Source: an uncultured bacterium (GTDB lineage Bacteria > Krumholzibacteriota > Krumholzibacteriia > LZORAL124-64-63). Taken from it: a stretch of 64,000 nucleotides of DNA. The stretch is from assembly GCA_963732385.1 (NCBI GenBank), contig CAVSZB010000002.1:1-64000 (forward strand), given 5' to 3'. The translations under genes were made by a program, and so were the position numbers. This document shows, piece by piece, positions 10,754-21,163 of this stretch (positions are counted from its first letter, which is position 1; every line of letters begins with the position of its first letter). The notes beneath the pieces are model-generated. The model saw only the letters and a program-made list of their open reading frames with translations. It was not told the DNA's origin and ran no database searches.

Positions 10754-11401
10754 ATGCTTCCAGACATCTACACCAGAAACCGCTACGGCGTTTTGTTCTT
10801 CGGCCTGCTGCTTTCGCTTGTGCTCGCGCCGGTTCTCGATCCCCTTGGCCTCGAGACCGGCCTGGTCGAGGTGCTGCTGGCCATGAATCTCGTCGCAGCG
10901 GCAGTGGCCCTTGATCGTGGTCCCGTCCGCCGGACAGTGCTCGTCGTGCTGGCGATCGCACTCGTGACACGACCGGCAGCGGACTTGATGAATCAGAGTG
11001 AGGTATCGATCGCAAGTCTTGCCGTTTGGGGTGTCCTGGCCCTGGGTACGGTCGCCGGCGCCCTGCGTTTCGCCCTGCGCGGAAGCACTGTCGGTCGCGA
11101 GCAGGTTTATGCAGCGCTCAGTGCCTACCTGCTGGCCGGGATGTTCTTCGGTGTCCTGTACTCGGTGCTTGAGCAGGTGGCACCAGGCTCCCTGAGTACC
11201 GGCAGCGTTGCCGCCACAGGAGTATTCCCGCTCACGACCGCCATGTACTTCAGTTTCGTGACGCTCGCGTCACTGGGATATGGTGACATTCTTCCGCTGA
11301 GTGATCCGGCGCGCGGCCTCGCGATTGTCGAAGTCGTCGGCGGGCAACTCTATCTCGCCGTGATGGTGGCCCGCCTGGTCAGCGCCTGGCGTGGCTCGTG
11401 A
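10754..11401 (+). CDS. Potassium channel family protein (Ion_trans_2 pore)
   Basis: Multiple TM helices plus MYFSFVTLASLGYGDILP pore/filter and GQLYLAVMVARLV. Confidence 0.85.
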   Translation: MLPDIYTRNRYGVLFFGLLLSLVLAPVLDPLGLETGLVEVLLAMNLVAAAVALDRGPVRRTVLVVLAIALVTRPAADLMNQSEVSIASLAVWGVLALGTVAGALRFALRGSTVGREQVYAALSAYLLAGMFFGVLYSVLEQVAPGSLSTGSVAATGVFPLTTAMYFSFVTLASLGYGDILPLSDPARGLAIVEVVGGQLYLAVMVARLVSAWRGS

Positions 11402-11434
11402 GCCGGTAATCGCGAGCAGTCTGCGCTCTGCGCC

Positions 11435-12880
11435 TCAATTTGCTGTCGTCTCTGCGGTGGTCTCGGGGGTGTCCACCGGCCAGCCGCCGCCGAGTGCCTT
11501 GTACAGCCGCACCAGCGAGATGAGATGGGTTGCGATCGTGTCCGTTTCGGCGAGTTCCGCATCGAACAAGGACCGCTGGGCATCCAGCACTTCCAGGTAA
11601 TCGGAGACGCCGCCCCGGTAGCGCAGCTCGGCCAGTTCCAGCACCTTGCGCTCGGCAACGACCCGGCTCGACTGTGATGCGCGCTGCTCGCCCGTTCTCC
11701 GGTAGGTCACGAGGGCATCCTCGGTTTCGCGGAATGCCTCGAGTACCGTATTTTCGTACGCGTACAGCGCCTGCCGCTGCTGCGACTCGGTGATTTCGAC
11801 ACGGCGCCGGTTGCGGCCACCCTCGAAAATGGGCTGCACCACGTTGCCGATCACGTTCCATGACTTGCTCGAGCTGTCGAACAGATCGTCAAAATCCGTG
11901 CTGGCGTATCCCCAGGATCCCGTGAGCGCGATGCGCGGGAAAAGCAGGGCCTTGGCGGCGCCGATGTTTGCCGTCTGGGCGGCGAGGGTCTGTTCAGCCT
12001 CGCGGATGTCGGGCCGGCGATCGAGCAGGTCGGAGGGCAGTCCGGCGGGCACGGCCAGCGGCAGCTTCTGTTCTTCCACCGCACGCCCGCGGAGAACCTC
12101 GCCGGGATTGCGGCCGAGAAGCACGGAGAGCTCATTTTCCTTCAGGACCACCAGTCGCTCGAAGTCGGCGACCACCGCCTCGACGCGGTGGAGTTCGGCA
12201 TCGGCCTGCCGGAAGTCGATTTCCGGCGTGATGCCGCCGTCGAAACGGTCTTTGGCGAGCTGCAGGTACTCGCGCCGGGATTCCAGGGTCCGGTGGGAAA
12301 TCGCCAGCTGCCGGTCAAAGTCGCCCAGTTCGAAGTACACCTGCGCGACGCTCGCGACCAGGGCGAGAACGACGCCGCGCTGCGCTTCCTGCGTGCCGAA
12401 GAACAGCGCCTGCTCGGCCTCGCTGGCGCGGCGGATGCGGCCAAAGAGATCGATCTCCCAGGTCACATCGGCGGATGCCGTCCAGTACCGCGTGTCGCGG
12501 TCGCCACCGATCGTGTCCCCGTCCGGCGTATGGGTGAGGCTGCCCTCACTGGTGTTCAGCCGCCCGCCGTTGCCGCCAAGCGTGATGCTCGGTGCCAGAG
12601 CGGACTTCGTGAAGCCGTAGCGGGCGCGGGCTTCCTCGACCCGCTCGACCGCGAGCTTGAGGGTGCGATTCTCGACCAGCGCGATGCGGATCAGTTCCTG
12701 GAGGCGGGGATCGCCGAAGATCTCCCACCACGGCGTGTCAGCGAGGCTCGCGGCCTCGGCAGCGGGAATCTCGCGGAACGCGGCGGGCGGCGCGACCGTT
12801 GCCGGGCGCTCGTAGTCCGGGCCGAGCGTGCAGCCGCTGACGAGCAGCGCGAGCGAAGCAGCCAGCAGTCGTCGTGCCAC
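11435..12880 (-). CDS. RND efflux outer-membrane lipoprotein (OprM/NodT family)
   Basis: GTG start; lipobox VSGC-TLGPDYERP; WEIDLFGRIRR, PSDLLDRRPDIREAE, YLEVLDAQRSL, LYKALGGGW. Confidence 0.92.
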   Translation of the reverse strand: MARRLLAASLALLVSGCTLGPDYERPATVAPPAAFREIPAAEAASLADTPWWEIFGDPRLQELIRIALVENRTLKLAVERVEEARARYGFTKSALAPSITLGGNGGRLNTSEGSLTHTPDGDTIGGDRDTRYWTASADVTWEIDLFGRIRRASEAEQALFFGTQEAQRGVVLALVASVAQVYFELGDFDRQLAISHRTLESRREYLQLAKDRFDGGITPEIDFRQADAELHRVEAVVADFERLVVLKENELSVLLGRNPGEVLRGRAVEEQKLPLAVPAGLPSDLLDRRPDIREAEQTLAAQTANIGAAKALLFPRIALTGSWGYASTDFDDLFDSSSKSWNVIGNVVQPIFEGGRNRRRVEITESQQRQALYAYENTVLEAFRETEDALVTYRRTGEQRASQSSRVVAERKVLELAELRYRGGVSDYLEVLDAQRSLFDAELAETDTIATHLISLVRLYKALGGGWPVDTPETTAETTAN

Positions 12881-12881
12881 G

Positions 12882-15800
12882 TCAGTGCCCTCCCTCGGTC
12901 GGCATGGGTGCAGGCGCTGGTGGCGCATCTCCGGCCGGGGTTTTCTTGCGTCGCCCCAGCCGCTCGACGAACACGTAGTTGCCGGGATAGAGCAGGACAC
13001 CGAGGATGGTCGCGACCAGCATGCCCCAGAAAACAGCGGTACCCATCACGTTCTGCGCCCCGGCGCCCGCGCCACTCGCTCTGATCAGCGGCACCACGCC
13101 GAGGATGAAGGCGAAGGCCGTCATCAGGATCGGGCGGAAGCGCAGACGTGCCGACAGGAGTGCAGCCTCCTCGAGGCTCAATCCTTCCTCGTGTTTCATC
13201 TTGGCGAATTCGACGATCAGGATCGCGTTCTTGGCCGCCAGGCCGATCAGCATGATGCAGCCAATCTGCACGTACACATTGTTGTCGTAGCCGCCGAGCC
13301 ACACGCCGAAAAAGGCACCGAGCGCCACCAGCGGCGAGCCCAGCAGTACGGCCCAGGGCAGGCGCCAGCTCTCGTACAGTGCCGCAAGCAGCAGAAACAC
13401 CACCAGGATCGCGGCGATGAAGGTGGGGACGGACGATGGCGAGGTCTTTTCCTGGTAGGACATCTGGGCGTAAGAGACGCCAATTTCGGCCGGCATGGTT
13501 TCCCTGGCCACTTCCTCGAGCGCGGCGAGGGCCTGGCCCGAGGCGAAGCCGGCTGCCGGCACCCCGCTGAATTCCACCGAGCGCAACAGGTTGAAGCGAT
13601 TGGTGAGCTCGGTCCCGTCGACCGGCGTGATCGTGACCAGCGTGCCGAGCGGGATCATGTCACCCGTGGTCTCGCTGCGGACCCAGAAGTCCTGGATGTC
13701 GCCGGGCTTGCGTCGGTACTGGGCATCCGCCTGGACGTAGACACGGTACAGTCGCCCGAAGCGGTTGAAGTCGTTGACGTAGCTGCCGCCGAGGCTGGTG
13801 GCGAGGGTCTGGTAAGCCTGGTCGATCGGCACGCCCAGCTTGCGCGCCTTGTCGCGGTCGAGTTCGACCTTGACCTGCGGGTAGCGCGGGTCGAAAGACG
13901 TGAAGATATTGCCGATTTCCGGGCGCTGTCGTGCCGCGTCCATGAATTCGCGGCTCAGTTCACCGAGACGTTCGACGCTCAACGATCCGCTGCGGTCCTG
14001 GATCAGGAAATTGAAGCCTGCCGAGGCGCCAAAGCCCGAGATCGTCGGGATGTTGAACGGGAAGATGACGGCTTCGGGGATCCGGCTCACCTCGGCATAG
14101 ATGCGCTGCATGAAGCCTCTTACGTGCATCGCCTCGCCTTTACGTTCATCCCAGGGCTTCAGGCGCACGAAGATCGTGCCGAAGTTCGGCTGGAAGGTGC
14201 TGGTGACGACGCCGAAACCACCGATGGTCTGGTATGACTCGACACCCTCCATGGCGCCGATGATCTTCTCGACCTGCTCGAGCACCGCGCTGGTGCGCTC
14301 CAGCGAGGCCCCGGGCGGCAGCGCCACGTTGACGCCAAGCAGGCTCTGGTCTTCATCGGGGATGAAGCCGGCCGGCAGCGCGCCGCCGAAAATGCCCGCT
14401 CCCACGGCGACGACGGCCACCACGGCAATCGTCAGGATCGAGCGGCGCACCAGGTATTGCGCGCCGCGGATGTAGGCATTCGTCGAACGTTCGAAGACCG
14501 CGTTGAAGCCGTTGAAGAATTTTCCGAGCGGCCCGCTTGCCGGCTTGTGCGGCTTGAGCAGCATCGCCGACAGTGCCGGTGCGAGCGACAGCGCGGCGAA
14601 TGCCGAGAGCAGCACGGAGATCGCAATCGTCAGCGCGAATTGCTGGTACATCTGACCGGTCAGGCCCGGGATGAAGGCCACCGGAATGAAAACGGCCGAC
14701 AGGATGAGGGCGATGCCGATCACCGGCGACGACACCTCTTTCATGGCCTGTATGGTCGCGTCCCTGGGCGCCATGCCCTTCTCGATGTGGTGCATGACGG
14801 CTTCGACCACCACGATCGCGTCGTCGACGACGATGCCGATCGCCAGCACCAGCCCGAACATCGACAGCGTATTGACCGAGAAGCCGAGTATCGGAAAGAA
14901 AATGAAGGTGCCGAGCAGCGAGACCGGCACGGTGAGCAGCGGAATCAGCGTCGCCCGCAGGTTCTGCAGAAAGATGAACACCACGAGGGTCACGAGGATC
15001 ACCGCCTCGATGAAGGTGTGCACGATCGATTCAATCGAGGCCTCGACCGCAGGCGTCGTGTCGTAGACCACCCGGTAATCCATGTCGGCCGGGAAGAAGG
15101 TCTTCGCCTGGCGCATCGCTGCGTAGATGCCTTCTGCGGCCTCGAGCTGGTTCGCTCCCGGCAGCAGATAGACTGCCAGCGCGCCGGCCGGCTTGCCGTC
15201 GAGCCGCCCGAAGGAGTTGTAGTCCTGCGAGCCGAGCTCGACCCGCCCGACGTCCCTGATCCGGACCTGGCCGCCGGTCGGGGTCTCGCGGACGATGATG
15301 TTTCCGAACTCTTCTTCGGTAACGAGCCGTCCCGGGGCGCTCACGGTATAGGTGAACTCCTGGTCGGCGGGCGTCGGCCGCATACCGATGCGCCCGCCCG
15401 GCGCCAGCAGGTTCTGTTCCTTGATGGCCGCCATCACGTCGCTCGGCGTGATGGCGAGCTGCGCCAGCTTGTCCGGCCGCAGCCAGATGCGCATGCCGTA
15501 GTCGGTGCCGCCGAAGAGGTCCACCTGCGCGATGCCGGGAACGCGCAGCAGCTGGTCACGGATGTTGATGCCCGCGTAGTTGATCAGGAAATTCGCATCG
15601 TAAGTCCCGTCCGGCGAGTAGAGCGAGATCAGCATCAGGATGCTGGGGCTTTGCTTCTTCACCGTGATGCCCTGCTGCACCACCTCCTGGGGCAGGCGGG
15701 ACTGGGCCGTGGACACGCGGTTCTGGGTCAGCACGTTGGCCATGTCCTGGTCTGTGCCCACCTTGAAATTGACGTCGAGCTGAATGCGGCCGTCGCTGGT

Positions 15801-16046
15801 GTTCGACGACTTCATGTAGATCATGCCCTCGACGCCGTTCACCTCCTGCTCGATCGGTGTGGCTACCGATTGCTCGACGGCAACCGCCGAGGCTCCCGGA
15901 TAGTTGGCGATGATGCGGATGGTCGGCGGCGCGAGGAAGGGATACTGCTCGAAGCTCAGGCCGCGCAGGGTGTTGAGCCCCATCAGCACGATGAGGATCG
16001 AAATGACGATCGCGACGATCGGGCGGCGGATGAAGAAATCAGCCAT
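12882..16046 (-). CDS. HAE1-family RND efflux permease
   Basis: MADFFIRRPI, LAIGIVVDDAIVVVE, GLAAKNAILIVEFA, RFRPILMTAFAFILGVVPL; 1054 aa. Confidence 0.96.
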   Translation of the reverse strand: MADFFIRRPIVAIVISILIVLMGLNTLRGLSFEQYPFLAPPTIRIIANYPGASAVAVEQSVATPIEQEVNGVEGMIYMKSSNTSDGRIQLDVNFKVGTDQDMANVLTQNRVSTAQSRLPQEVVQQGITVKKQSPSILMLISLYSPDGTYDANFLINYAGINIRDQLLRVPGIAQVDLFGGTDYGMRIWLRPDKLAQLAITPSDVMAAIKEQNLLAPGGRIGMRPTPADQEFTYTVSAPGRLVTEEEFGNIIVRETPTGGQVRIRDVGRVELGSQDYNSFGRLDGKPAGALAVYLLPGANQLEAAEGIYAAMRQAKTFFPADMDYRVVYDTTPAVEASIESIVHTFIEAVILVTLVVFIFLQNLRATLIPLLTVPVSLLGTFIFFPILGFSVNTLSMFGLVLAIGIVVDDAIVVVEAVMHHIEKGMAPRDATIQAMKEVSSPVIGIALILSAVFIPVAFIPGLTGQMYQQFALTIAISVLLSAFAALSLAPALSAMLLKPHKPASGPLGKFFNGFNAVFERSTNAYIRGAQYLVRRSILTIAVVAVVAVGAGIFGGALPAGFIPDEDQSLLGVNVALPPGASLERTSAVLEQVEKIIGAMEGVESYQTIGGFGVVTSTFQPNFGTIFVRLKPWDERKGEAMHVRGFMQRIYAEVSRIPEAVIFPFNIPTISGFGASAGFNFLIQDRSGSLSVERLGELSREFMDAARQRPEIGNIFTSFDPRYPQVKVELDRDKARKLGVPIDQAYQTLATSLGGSYVNDFNRFGRLYRVYVQADAQYRRKPGDIQDFWVRSETTGDMIPLGTLVTITPVDGTELTNRFNLLRSVEFSGVPAAGFASGQALAALEEVARETMPAEIGVSYAQMSYQEKTSPSSVPTFIAAILVVFLLLAALYESWRLPWAVLLGSPLVALGAFFGVWLGGYDNNVYVQIGCIMLIGLAAKNAILIVEFAKMKHEEGLSLEEAALLSARLRFRPILMTAFAFILGVVPLIRASGAGAGAQNVMGTAVFWGMLVATILGVLLYPGNYVFVERLGRRKKTPAGDAPPAPAPMPTEGGH

Positions 16047-16049
16047 GGA

Positions 16050-17222
16050 TCAGCCCTGCGCGGCAGGCGCTGTTGGCGCTGCGGCTGCCGGCGCTGCGTC
16101 CTCGATGCTGATCGTCTCCGCCTTGACCTTCACGCCCGGCCGGACCTTCTGCACGCCCTCGACCACGATCCGCTCGCCTGCTGCGAGCCCCGAATCGATG
16201 ATCCACAGACTGCCGATCCGCTGGCCGGCCTTCACCGACCTGATCTCAATGGTGTCGTCAGCCTTCACGACGGCGACGTTGTACATACCTTGCATTTCCG
16301 AGACAGCGCGCTGCGGCACGAGGAGCGCGTCCGGCTTCATGTCCGCGACCACGCGAACGCGGGCGAACTGTCCTGGGCGCACGATTTGCCCCGGGTTAGG
16401 AAAAGCCGCCTCGGCCAGGATCGACCCGGTTTGCGGATCGACGCTGCGGTCGACGAACACCAGCTTGCCCGGTTCCGGGTGCACCGATCCGTCGCCGAGG
16501 ATAAGTTCGAACGGCTGGTCCGCCTGGGCGCTGTCGCGGGCCTTGCGTTCCTGATTCCGGCGCGCGTAGTAAAGGTAATCCTTCTCCGGGATCGTGAAGC
16601 GGACGTGGACGCTGTCGAGTTGCGAGATGTTGGTCAGCAGGGTGCTCTCGCCGCGACCGACGAGAGTGCCCGGATAGACTTCGGTCTTGCCCGCGAGACC
16701 GCTCTCCGGGGCGAGCACCCGCGTATAGCTGAGGTCGATTTCCGCAGCCCGGGCCGAGGCCTGAGCTGCGTCCACCTGCGCCTGTGCCGCACGTTCGACC
16801 ACGACAGCGGTTTCGTAGTCCTGGCGGGAGATGGCGTTTTTCGCGACCAGCGGCGCGTAGCGCGTGACGTCCTGGCTGGCGCGGGCCAGATCCGCCTGTG
16901 CTTCCGCCAGCAGCCCCCGGGCGCGGGCGAGCGCGGCCGCGAGCGGCTGCGGGTCGATCGTGTACAGGAGGTCGCCCTTCTTGACCGGGTAGCCTTCCCG
17001 GTAGTTCACGGTCTGCAGATAGCCCTCGACACGTGCGCGCACCTCGATTTCCGTGGAGCCCCGGGTCTGGCCGACTGCCTCGATGAAGATCGGCACTTCC
17101 TTCTGCAGGACCGTCGCCACCTTGACGTCGAGCAGCGGTGCTGCCGGTGCTTCCTGCTTGCCGCAGCCGGGCAGGGTCGTCGTGAGCAGGGCGCAGAGCG
17201 TTGCGAGCAGGGCGGTTTTCAT
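16050..17222 (-). CDS. RND periplasmic adaptor (membrane fusion lipoprotein)
   Basis: Lipobox LPGC; EVRARVEGYL, VKKGDLLYTIDP, VRPGQFARV, LLVPQRAV, GERIVVEGVQKVRPG. Confidence 0.93.
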   Translation of the reverse strand: MKTALLATLCALLTTTLPGCGKQEAPAAPLLDVKVATVLQKEVPIFIEAVGQTRGSTEIEVRARVEGYLQTVNYREGYPVKKGDLLYTIDPQPLAAALARARGLLAEAQADLARASQDVTRYAPLVAKNAISRQDYETAVVVERAAQAQVDAAQASARAAEIDLSYTRVLAPESGLAGKTEVYPGTLVGRGESTLLTNISQLDSVHVRFTIPEKDYLYYARRNQERKARDSAQADQPFELILGDGSVHPEPGKLVFVDRSVDPQTGSILAEAAFPNPGQIVRPGQFARVRVVADMKPDALLVPQRAVSEMQGMYNVAVVKADDTIEIRSVKAGQRIGSLWIIDSGLAAGERIVVEGVQKVRPGVKVKAETISIEDAAPAAAAPTAPAAQG

Positions 17223-17467
17223 CTGGCGAATGACTCCTGTGATGGGTGTCCTGACCTTGCGTCGGCAGATTTCATCGACCCACCCACGGCGCCTGCTCCA
17301 GGATTCATGTATATCAGGCGATAAGGCACCCAGCGCCACTTTAACCCAGTTCTCGATGGCCATGAAACCGAAGCCGACGGGCCCGGCCAATGACGGAGGC
17401 AATTCGATGCGTATGCGGAGGCAGATGCGTTAGGCTGCCCGGACATGCCTGTCAGGAGGGTGCATTG

Positions 17468-18538
17468 GTGAAACTGAAGCTGTCGCTCAACTGGCTGCTG
17501 GCACTGGTGCCGGTAGCGGTCGGCTTGGAGGCCACACATGCCCCGGCACCGTATATCTTCTTTGCCGCAGCGCTCGGCATCGTGCCCATTGCGGCGCTGC
17601 TGGTGCATGCGACCGAGCAGCTGGCGACACGCACGGGCGACGCCGTTGGCGGCCTGCTCAACGCCACCTTCGGCAATGCGCCGGAGCTGATCATCGCCAT
17701 CGTGGCACTGAAGGCCGGGCTCATGCAGATGGTGCTCGCCTCGATCATCGGCGCCGTGCTGGCCAACCTGCTGCTGGCGCTCGGCCTGGCGTTCCTGCTG
17801 GGTGGCTTGAAGAAGCATGACCAGGAGTACAACGCCGGCGCGGCACGCATTTACAGCAGCATCATGCTGATCACGGTCATCGGCCTGGCCGCGCCCGGGG
17901 CGTTCAAGAACCTGTTTGGCGTCGAGGCGGCCGTGCTGCGCTCTGATTCACTCAATATCGGGCTGGCGCTGCTGCTGCTCGCGCTCTACGTGCTGTACCT
18001 CATCTTCATGCTGAAGACCCACCCGGAGTTGTTTGTCAGCAAGGGCGGCGGGCCGGAGGCGCACGCGGCGGAGTGGGGCGTCAAGCGGGCAGTGACCACG
18101 CTCGTCGTCGCATCAGTGGGCGCGGCCTTCATGAGCGAGATACTGGTGGGTGCAGCGGAGGCCACTGGCGAGGCGCTCGGCATGTCGCAGATCTTCATCG
18201 GCGTGATCCTGCTGGCGCTCATCGGTGGCGCTGCCGAGCTCGGTGCGGCCGTAACCATGGGCGTGCGCGACCGGCTCGATCTGAGCATCGGCATCGCGCT
18301 CGGCAGCTGCATGCAGATCGCGTTGTTCGTGGCGCCCGTGCTGGTGCTCGCCAGTTACTTCATCGCCCCGGAGCCGCTGCGACTCGAATTCGGCAAGACC
18401 GCCGTGGGCGTTCTGCTGATGAGCGTGCTGATCGGTACCGTGGTCTGCGCCGATGGCCACTCGAACTGGTACAAGGGCGTGCAGCTCGTGGCCGTGTACC
18501 TGGTGCTGGCGCTGCTCATGTACCTGGCGCCGGGATAG
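17468..18538 (+). CDS. cax: Ca2+/H+ antiporter (CAX family)
   Basis: GGLLNATFGNAPELII alpha-1 repeat, LSIGIALGSCMQIALFVAP alpha-2 repeat, DGHSNWYKG; RBS AGGAGG before GTG. Confidence 0.9.
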   Translation: MKLKLSLNWLLALVPVAVGLEATHAPAPYIFFAAALGIVPIAALLVHATEQLATRTGDAVGGLLNATFGNAPELIIAIVALKAGLMQMVLASIIGAVLANLLLALGLAFLLGGLKKHDQEYNAGAARIYSSIMLITVIGLAAPGAFKNLFGVEAAVLRSDSLNIGLALLLLALYVLYLIFMLKTHPELFVSKGGGPEAHAAEWGVKRAVTTLVVASVGAAFMSEILVGAAEATGEALGMSQIFIGVILLALIGGAAELGAAVTMGVRDRLDLSIGIALGSCMQIALFVAPVLVLASYFIAPEPLRLEFGKTAVGVLLMSVLIGTVVCADGHSNWYKGVQLVAVYLVLALLMYLAPG

Positions 18539-18551
18539 CCCGGCGCCCGAT

Positions 18552-19223
18552 TCAGCCACCGAGGGCGATGGCGGCCAGCACCATGACCATACCGAACAGG
18601 GTCAGTACCGTCGCGGCGCGCCACGGATTGACGGTCGTGTAGCGGGCCCATTTGTAGCCGATCACGAAGAAGAGCCCGATCAGGATCGCGTTGGAAACGC
18701 GCATCGCCAGCCAGGGTTCGGCGATGAAGGCGAAGGGCAGCGCCGCGGGGAAGCTCGCAAAGACGACCAGCCAGAACACCCCGAGCGCCGCCAGCCAGTC
18801 TTCGCCCCGCACCCCGGTGCGCAGCTCCGGCGACGACCGTAGCTGTACGACGATGTCCCGGTAGAGCTGCTGCCGGGTTGCGGGGCTGGTTATGTTTTCG
18901 ACGTACTCGTCCATTTCGGCAGCCACTGCCGCGATGGCCTGCTGCTCTTCCGGCATGCCGCGGATAAGTCGCCTGATCCGCGCGGACCGGCCCCGGTCGA
19001 AGGCGCGTCCGAGTATCAGCAAGCCGCCGTCGATGATGCCCCAGGCGATGTTGCAGCCGATGGTCGCGATCAGCAGTTCCCGCGCCGCGTCTTTGTTGTC
19101 GCCAACCACAAAGCCGGCGGTCAGCGTGAAGGTGAGCGTCATGATCAAACCGAAGAGCAGTTCGCCGAGGCGCTCGCCAGCCGTCAGGTGACGGGTAATG
19201 AAGGGTATCTCGAAGCCGGCCAT
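18552..19223 (-). CDS. VIT1/CCC1-like membrane protein
   Basis: ERLGELLFGLIMTLTFT, GCNIAWGIIDG, FPAALPF, C-terminal AIALGG; five TM segments. Confidence 0.65.
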   Translation of the reverse strand: MAGFEIPFITRHLTAGERLGELLFGLIMTLTFTLTAGFVVGDNKDAARELLIATIGCNIAWGIIDGGLLILGRAFDRGRSARIRRLIRGMPEEQQAIAAVAAEMDEYVENITSPATRQQLYRDIVVQLRSSPELRTGVRGEDWLAALGVFWLVVFASFPAALPFAFIAEPWLAMRVSNAILIGLFFVIGYKWARYTTVNPWRAATVLTLFGMVMVLAAIALGG

Positions 19224-19327
19224 GACACAGACCTCCGGGTGAGCGCAAATGTCCCGGCTGTTGACCGGGGAGCGATGACCCTACAATGTCTGCAGCACCC
19301 GTTACAACCAGAGCAAGGGAGCAGGCC

Positions 19328-19996
19328 GTGCTGAACAATATCGCCGCGCAGACTGGCACCTTCCTGCTGCTGGCCTTCCCGGCCCTGTTCTCGATCATCA
19401 ACCCGCTGGGCGGCGCCTTCGTGTTTCTTGCCGCCACGCGGGGACTCTCCGCGCAGACCCGCACGCGCCTGGCGCGTCAGGTGGCCACCTACAGTTTCAT
19501 CACGCTGAACCTGTCCATGCTGATCGGGGCTTTCGTGCTGCGCATCTTCGGCATCGAGATGCCGGTGCTGCGACTCGCGGGCGGCATCATCATCGCCCTG
19601 ACGGCGTGGAAGCTGCTGAATGCCGACGACGACAGCGCAGAACGCGGTGCCGTCATCGAAGAAGCAAATACCCGCGATGCCAGCCATCTGGCTTTCTATC
19701 CGCTGACCATGCCGATGACCACCGGTCCGGGAACGATCGCGGTGGCCATCGCGCTGGGTACCGGCGGTGGTGGCCCGGGCGCGGACAATCCCCTCGTCTT
19801 CGCCGTGCAGGCGCTGGTGACGAGCACGCTGATCTGCCTGCTGATCTATTTGTTGTACCGGTCTTCAAACCGCATCGCGCTGGCCATCGGCCCGACCGGC
19901 ACCAACATCGTCGCCCGTCTGTCCGCCTTCCTGCTGTTCTGCATCGGCATCCAGGTCATGTGGTCCGGCATCGCCGCCCTCGTCGGCAGCCTGTAG
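19328..19996 (+). CDS. MarC family membrane protein
   Basis: LFSIINPLG, FGIEMPVLRLAGGII, FYPLTMPMTTGPGTIAVAI, RLSAFLLFCIGIQ. Confidence 0.92.
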   Translation: MLNNIAAQTGTFLLLAFPALFSIINPLGGAFVFLAATRGLSAQTRTRLARQVATYSFITLNLSMLIGAFVLRIFGIEMPVLRLAGGIIIALTAWKLLNADDDSAERGAVIEEANTRDASHLAFYPLTMPMTTGPGTIAVAIALGTGGGGPGADNPLVFAVQALVTSTLICLLIYLLYRSSNRIALAIGPTGTNIVARLSAFLLFCIGIQVMWSGIAALVGSL

Positions 19997-20084
19997 GAGC
20001 GCCTTCCTGTAGGAGCGGCTTCAGCCGCGATTCTCTGGCCGGAATATCGCGGCTGAAGCCGCTCCTACAGGAAGCCGCTCCCAC
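19991..20084. repeat. GTAG-family REP doublet (REPIN) A
   Basis: CTGTAGGAGCGGCTTCAGCCGCGA (20007-20030) and its exact inverted copy (20047-20070) around the spacer TTCTCTGGCCGGAATA, with partial outer copies. Confidence 0.9.
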
Positions 20085-20097
20085 CGAAGGCGGGGAA

Positions 20098-21078
20098 TTA
20101 CCTGCGGTTGCGTTTTTTCCGCGCCATTCCGACCAACCCCAGCAAGCCCGAGCCCAACAGCCACACGTCGGCGGGGAGGGGTACGGCCGCAGTTGGCGCA
20201 AAGGTCAGACCACCGTCAACTCCAAAGTGTATTGGCCCGGTTGCGTATGGCAGCCCCGTGCCGCTCAGCGATGTCGCTGCACCATTGAGGGTGTCGATGG
20301 AGTAGAGCGCGCCTGAAGCGGCATCAAGCGAGCCCAGGCTCAACAGCGTGCCGTCAGCATCGAAGGCCAGTCCGCTGTACTTGAGCGAGCGTCCGAGAAT
20401 TACACCACTGGGGCCGATATTCATTGCGGCGCCGGTGGCGAGGTCCACCGTAAAGAGGTGCGAAGTGTTCGCATCAGGATAGGAAGGGCCAGTCGCCGAA
20501 CCATTCGCAAACAGCGTCCCGTCGCTGCGAAAGCCCAGGCCGGTCAGCACGAGCCCGAAGTCGCTGCCACAGCAGTTGCCGCCAGCAAAGCCGATCAGCG
20601 CAGCGGCACCGGTGCTTTTATCGATCGTGAAAAGGGCGGTGCTCTGGTGTGCGGTTAGCCCATCGTTGTACCAACCGCTCGCATACATGATCCCGGTCAC
20701 AGGATTGATGGCCAGGCCACCAGACGAAATATTGATGCTGCTGCTGAGTGCGCCGAAGGATGTCGTTGTTCCCGTGTGACGATTGATGGAAAAAAGTCTG
20801 CTGTCACCGGAGGTCGAATCCTCGGCGCCCGTGGCATACATGTTGTCGGTGCTGGCATCGTAGGCCAGCCCACCGGCGTAAATGTGGATGCCCTGGAAGT
20901 TCCACACCAGGGTCGAAGCACCATTGAGGGGGTCGACGGTATAAAGCCCGCTGAGACCGGCATTGGGGCCAGAACCACCACCCGTCGCATAAAGCGCCGC
21001 ACCGGCTTGCGAAGAAAATGCGACGCTCAGCGCCATTGCAGCTGCAGCGTGGGACATGAATTTCATGCTGTGTTTCAT
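20098..21078 (-). CDS. Secreted beta-propeller-like protein with VPLPA-CTERM (PEP-CTERM-type) sorting signal
   Basis: Signal peptide, repeated GLA..G.LY/LFTID..TGAA blades, C-terminal VPLPADVWLLGSGLLGLVGMARKKRNRR. Confidence 0.85.
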   Translation of the reverse strand: MKHSMKFMSHAAAAMALSVAFSSQAGAALYATGGGSGPNAGLSGLYTVDPLNGASTLVWNFQGIHIYAGGLAYDASTDNMYATGAEDSTSGDSRLFSINRHTGTTTSFGALSSSINISSGGLAINPVTGIMYASGWYNDGLTAHQSTALFTIDKSTGAAALIGFAGGNCCGSDFGLVLTGLGFRSDGTLFANGSATGPSYPDANTSHLFTVDLATGAAMNIGPSGVILGRSLKYSGLAFDADGTLLSLGSLDAASGALYSIDTLNGAATSLSGTGLPYATGPIHFGVDGGLTFAPTAAVPLPADVWLLGSGLLGLVGMARKKRNRR

Positions 21079-21163
21079 GCTGGAGATCCCCCTCGGTTTA
21101 TCGTCTGCAGAAAGGCCGGTTTGATGCTAGCAGCTCCCTCTGGTACCCGCCAACACAACAAGA

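Noticed and set aside
14457..17324. Long antisense ORFs (955 aa here; also 45914-48433, 57336-59972, 61208-63220)
   Set aside because: Shadow ORFs opposite well-supported genes, expected in high-GC DNA; no recognisable motifs
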